64,000 nucleotides of DNA from Octopus bimaculoides (Eukaryota), in assembly GCF_001194135.2 (NCBI RefSeq), contig NC_068981.1:2311106-2375105 (forward strand). Reading direction: 5' to 3'. Within the stretch, counting starts at the first letter, position 1; every line of letters begins with the position of its first letter. The notes under the pieces were generated by a model. The model was not told the DNA's origin and searched no databases. It worked only from the letters and a program-made list of their open reading frames with translations. Positions 58,672 through 64,000 of the stretch are shown one piece after another. The translations under genes and the position numbers were made by a program.

Positions 58672-60492
58672 CTAAAAATTCAGACATAAAAACATGGAAT
58701 ATAAAAGTGAATATCAAAAGTTAATATTGTAATTTATTTTAACAAAGTTATACACAAAGATTAAGGACAGAAATGGAGTAATAAGGCCTTAAAAAAGGTG
58801 CTCCCAGAGAGGGATAGTACTCAGAACAATGGTGAAGGATCCCAAGTAATTTTTGGATCCTATTTTAGAGAAAGATAAGGAGTAACAAGCGAAAAGATGG
58901 GTAAAGTTCAAAAACTCAATGCATGGGTGCTGCACATTCTGAATGGAAGAGACAAAGTCCAGTGCTTCTCTATTATCAGGAATTTGCATGTTTGACACCA
59001 TGCAGACACAGAGGCTTTTTTACCACATCAAATCAGCAATGAGAAATGATATCTTTATATCAATACAAAGTAGAAGAAAGAATGGCTGAGCCCCTAAAAG
59101 CAAGCAACAACTCAGACCAAGCCAAAGTTGCATGCAAGCCAATGATCTGCATTTGGTGGGGTTAGGAGGGGCTAATCTACTATGAAATGCTTGAAAACAA
59201 CCACATGGTTAATGCAGAGTTATGTTCAACAAATACATTGGCTTAATGGCACAACCCAGCTGATATGGCCGAACTAATGTCACAACAGGCTTCTTCAAAA
59301 AAACAAAACAAAACAAAGCTTGCCCCTACTGACCCAACAGATATATACATGTACACACACACATATATGTGTAGATTTTGATAAGGGGTTCAGGCAGGAT
59401 CATACAGCTGGATACTCTGCCAGTAGCCAAATCTAACATGTTTTTCAAGTTAAAGTAATAACTGCACAAAAGAAATCAAATATAACAAGAATATAACACA
59501 ACCCAAATCTCAACACAGAAACAAAATCTGGCATAATCCACCATATAGTCTACAAATCAAAAACATTTAACTTTTGCAAGAAACATTGTCCACCTAATCA
59601 CATATACCACAATGTCCTAATTAAAAACACCATTAAAAAAATCTATTCTATTACAGAAAATTATAGAAAAAATATCAGATATCAACTCAAAAGCTGAAAC
59701 TGCAATAATAGAAGCACATGATTACTCTCTTAGGAAAATGACTTAGTAAGGAAATAGTTCATACTAACCCTTCATTTTCACCACATCCCATAGTTTCCTT
59801 TGCTTCTTAGTTCACTCAACCACTCAAACTTATTCTTTACAAATCAGATTAACTGCCAACTCCTTTAAAAGTAGACTTAACCAACACCCACACACACTCG
59901 TTTAATAAGAAAAACAATTCCCTCTCTATCTGAATATGCATGGAAATCAAAAGCCTTCAACACCTCATATAACTTCTCTTGGAAAACCCTCTCCCATGCA
60001 TAACCATACCAACATAGGAACAAAAAAATTTAAAAATGTCAACTTTGCACTTCCAAATCATGAAATTTTATTCTCTTAACTAAAGCAAGTTAATAAACAT
60101 TCTGAAATAACCTTCTCTTGTAGCCACCAAACTTATAAAATGCTGAAATACTCTAACTCCATACAATTTACTAATAGATAACTGTCTATTCAAATAAATA
60201 CATTCCCTTAACTAATTATTTCTCTGAACATTTTGAAATTCTATTAATGAACCATTTACTAGATTAAGAAATTTCATTTTATGTACATATCTATTTAGAT
60301 GCATCTTTATAATGTGTTTGCAGTTTTCTACTCATAAGAATTAACTTGTAACATTCTATATACACTATGTTACATGTGTATAATGGTATGCAAACAAATA
60401 TACTTCTATGCATTTAGCATGCTTCTATTCAGGAACACATATGATTATTCATTTGTGCATACATTTCTATTTGCATATAAACATTTATATAG

Positions 60493-60556
<64 letters not shown>

Positions 60557-60558
60557 AT

Positions 60559-61270
60559 GTGGAACCAGCTATCACTGTTGAAAGGGAAACCCTGCAGTCT
60601 GTTGATAAGTTCATGTACCTCATCAGCACACGAGTGACTCAGTGAATCAGTGTGAAAAGGGAGAGGCAACGGGCTGGCCACCAAGCTGAATTATTACTGC
60701 CTATGTTACTGTATGCCTGCAAGACTCAGATCGCTTGAGAACATCATGCCAAAAAGCTAAACCATTTCCACATAAAAGGACTAAGAAAGCTATTGGTCCC
60801 AGACACAGAGGTCTTATCTCAAACTGATCTGCTGAGGAGAGTGCAAATCAGATGGGCAGGCCACCTTGGTCGAGTGCCTGACATGTAACTCCCCAAAAGA
60901 CTGTTTTACAATGAACTGGCAGAAGGCAAGGACATGCAAGGTGGACAGAAAGAGCGCTTCAGGGACACACTCAGAACGTCACTGAAGACCTTTGGGATCA
61001 ACTCTGACACCTGGGAAACACCTGGGAAAGACCACCTTTCCTGGCAAAGTTGCACTAACAGCAGGGGTGCCACCTCTTACAAACAGAACAGGGTTGCAGG
61101 AGCACAAAGAGACTGTGAAACTGCACAGGTCCAGAGTCAATTCCCTGCCTTCAGTCTGACCTATAGCAGAACTTTCCAAGTTTGCATTAGACCGACCAGT
61201 TACAGCTGGACACACTGGCCTGTCTTCTTCTCCCATTTCATGTCCTTGGTCATCATCAACAACAATAGAT
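60559..61270 (+). mobile_element. RTE-clade (BovB/AviRTE-like) LINE 3' remnant
   Basis: EPAITVERETLQSVDKFMYL, LLPMLLYACKT, HAKKLNHFH, PDTEVL, IRWAGHLGRVPD, LPKRLFYNELAEGK..GGQKERFRDTL; frameshifted and with stops. Confidence 0.85.
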
Positions 61271-61553
61271 GAACTAATAATGATGTGTGTATCATCATCA
61301 TCATCATCATCTTCGTTTAATGTCTGCTTTCCATGCTGGCATGGGTAGGACGATTTGACTGAAGAAAAGATACCCTGATGCTGAGCTCTTACAACTACAC
61401 TGAAACATAACACAAGTATACATACACGAATGTGTATGTATATTTGTGTTATGTTATTCATAGATACACACACACATATTCTTGGTTAAGAACAATATTA
61501 TACACACACACATGCATATTTATACACATATAACATAAATATAAAATGGATGA

Positions 61554-61824
61554 TACAGTTCTATATTTAAAAGATGAGGAATTATGTACATTATTTACAT
61601 TTGACGGATATTTGTTCTCATCTTGTTTATTGTTAACACGTTTCGGCTGATATACCCTCCAGCCTTCTTGGAGAAATTTCAAACTTGGGTTCTCATTCTT
61701 AAGGTATTTTTCGATATTATTATTATTATTAATTATTAATTATTATTCAGGCCACTGCCTGGAATTGAACTCGGAATATTGTGGTTAGTAGCCCGCGCTC
61801 TTAACAACTACGCCATATGCCCAT
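61554..61824 (-). mobile_element. Single-arm tRNA-head/hammerhead element (core deleted)
   Basis: Tail cagttctatatttaaaagatgagg through head gccatatgccc; CTGATGA segment missing. Confidence 0.75.
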
Positions 61825-62720
61825 ATGTAAAGTGATTGGCATTAGGAAAAGGATCCAGTTGTAAAAACCATGCCATAGCAGACAGTGGCACTTGACACAA
61901 TTTATAGGCTTACCAGCTCCTGTCAAACTGCCTAAACCATGCCAGCAGGGAAGATGAGTGTTAATTCACACTACTTTAATGCTTTTGTTACCATAGTTCT
62001 GTTGAAATACACTGCCTTTGTTTCAATTAATTTTGAAAATAATGAAGCGTTTATTAAAATAGTTTTGTCATTTGCTCTGTCAGAACCAATTCCAGTGGAC
62101 AATGGTGTTAAATAGGAGACCTGTGCCGACATACTTTGTGATGGTGATTGCTCGTTTATTTAAACACTATGATCTAACCATCTTTCTTTGCTATTGCACA
62201 ATAACTAAACTACTTAATCTAAAACGTTTCAAAACTAAATCAAAAACCATTATAACTTTTATTTCTGATTTGTTGTATGCTAATAATTGTGTTCTTATGG
62301 ATACATTTTATTTTCTTTGCCAGTGCCTTCATCATCATCATCAGGGATGGAATCCAGCAGACTTAGGTATTGGCTGATGAGAGCATAGGAGCAACATGGA
62401 GCTGAGGCAACCATAGCTCTTCAGGGCCTCTACTATCAGACTATTGGATGGCGGCACTTCCACTAATACCTATGCTTCTAAGAACAATAATGCTCTTCGG
62501 CTTGCCAGTTTCTTGACATTTTACACGTGTTGTTTTCCCTGATATATTTTTTTATGGTTCCCTAATTATGTGTACAAGTAGCTCATACTTACAGTGAGAG
62601 AAGGTGAAGATAAAATGAGAACGTGATAAAAAAGAAAGAAATAAAATAAGAAATTAGTAGAAAAAGGGAAACAGAGAGAGGAAAGCAAAAGAGTGATGGA
62701 AAGACACAGTGTGAGTTGAG

Positions 62721-62775
<55 letters not shown>

Positions 62776-63106
62776 NNNNNNNNNNNNNNNNNNNNNNNNN
62801 NNNNNNNNNNNNNNNNNNNNNNNNNNNNNNNNNNNNNNNNNNNNNNNNNNNNNNNNNNNNNNNNNNNNNNNNNNNNNNNNNNNNNNNNNNNNNNNNNNNN
62901 NNNNNNNNNNNNNNNNNNNNNNNNNNNNNNNNNNNNNNNNNNNNNNNNNNNNNNNNNNNNNNNNNNNNNNNNNNNNNNNNNNNNNNNNNNNNNNNNNNNN
63001 NNNNNNNNNNNNNNNNNNNNNNNNNNNNNNNNNNNNNNNNNNNNNNNNNNNNNNNNNNNNNNNNNNNNNNNNNNNNNNNNNNNNNNNNNNNNNNNNNNNN
63101 NNNNNN

Positions 63107-63141
<35 letters not shown>

Positions 63142-63150
63142 GTATGTATG

Positions 63151-64000
63151 TACTAGCTGCTGGACCTGGCATTGCTCGTGTTTTCCATGTTGAAGTTAAG
63201 CTCACCTCTGACCTTGTATTGAAATCTCCTACATTCCCCGTGCCAACTATTACACTTCAAGATGTTATATCTGGTTCAGCAGGAATTCTACCCGGCTAAC
63301 ACTTTCGACATACTCCTACATACTGTACTGTCTGAAATTGCAGTCAAACTTTTGGGTGTACCTCGACCCGTTGAGAGTGATCTTTATTTATTTCTCTCCC
63401 CTTAATGCCACCCTCTGTACAAAATTGATCAGCAGGTCCAATCTCAGCAAAATCCAAAGAAAAGTGTTAAGGTTATGTCATAAAATAGAATCCATGTGAC
63501 CATTTATATGAAAATATCCCATTGACTTTTAAATCCCAATATATTATATGAATAATCAATGTTTCATATGTCGAAGTGCTTAATTTTACACATGGGTCAA
63601 TTTTCTTCAAAATCAGTTCATCATTTTATTGTGAATGAATTTTGACGATTTCTACCTTTCACCAATTTAATTTTAATTCTGCTACATAACTCCGACTATA
63701 AACATTACCTAAATGTCAAATTTCATCAAAATCAGATAAATTCTGTAAAAGTTACAGCATAAAATATTAATCCTGTGGGTAATTGCATACAAAAAGCCTA
63801 CTGATTTCTTAAAATCACCCACTGAGGTGCAATTAATGATTTTTTTCTCAACTCATCATGCTGGCATCAACTAATGGACATGAACTGTAATCATGTATAA
63901 AATTTCTACAAAATCGATAAGAATGTCTCTAAGGAAATGCTTATTTGCATTTGTGCCCTTTTCAAGCCCTTTTGAATTAAATGAACACCTTTACACTCTC
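63151..64000. mobile_element. Possible non-autonomous Helitron-like element
   Basis: Begins TACTAGCtgctggacctggcattgctcgtg next to (TA)n; internal aaatttcatcaaaatc motifs. Pattern recognition only. Confidence 0.35.

Noticed and set aside
58789-59001. 70 aa ORF as SPG7 first exon
   Set aside because: Ends in a stop with no clear in-frame donor and does not look like a mitochondrial presequence (acidic residues, few Arg).

Overview
AT-rich, repeat-dense eukaryotic genomic DNA with several N gaps. The repeat landscape looks like octopus/cephalopod; this is an inference, not a database result. One protein-coding gene is well supported: SPG7/paraplegin (mitochondrial m-AAA protease subunit) on the minus strand. 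I traced 17 coding exons between 58671 and 13219 with GT-AG boundaries and consistent phases. One internal exon (SRH region) is not visible and probably lies in the N gap 30963-31624, and the first exon was not found. Introns and flanks are filled with tRNA-derived SINEs, RTE-LINE remnants, Tc1/mariner derivatives, TTAA (piggyBac-like) MITEs, Helentron/Helitron-like elements and microsatellites. The most notable observation is a repeated non-autonomous element at 6 loci. It joins a tRNA-derived Pol III head to a minimal type I hammerhead ribozyme of the Penelope-like kind. It occurs as a head-to-head palindrome with a fixed ~32 nt one-sided tail, and two copies have 12-13 bp target-site duplications. 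Also notable are mariner derivatives built from two 5' ends or two 3' ends, and an HECGH zinc motif in paraplegin.
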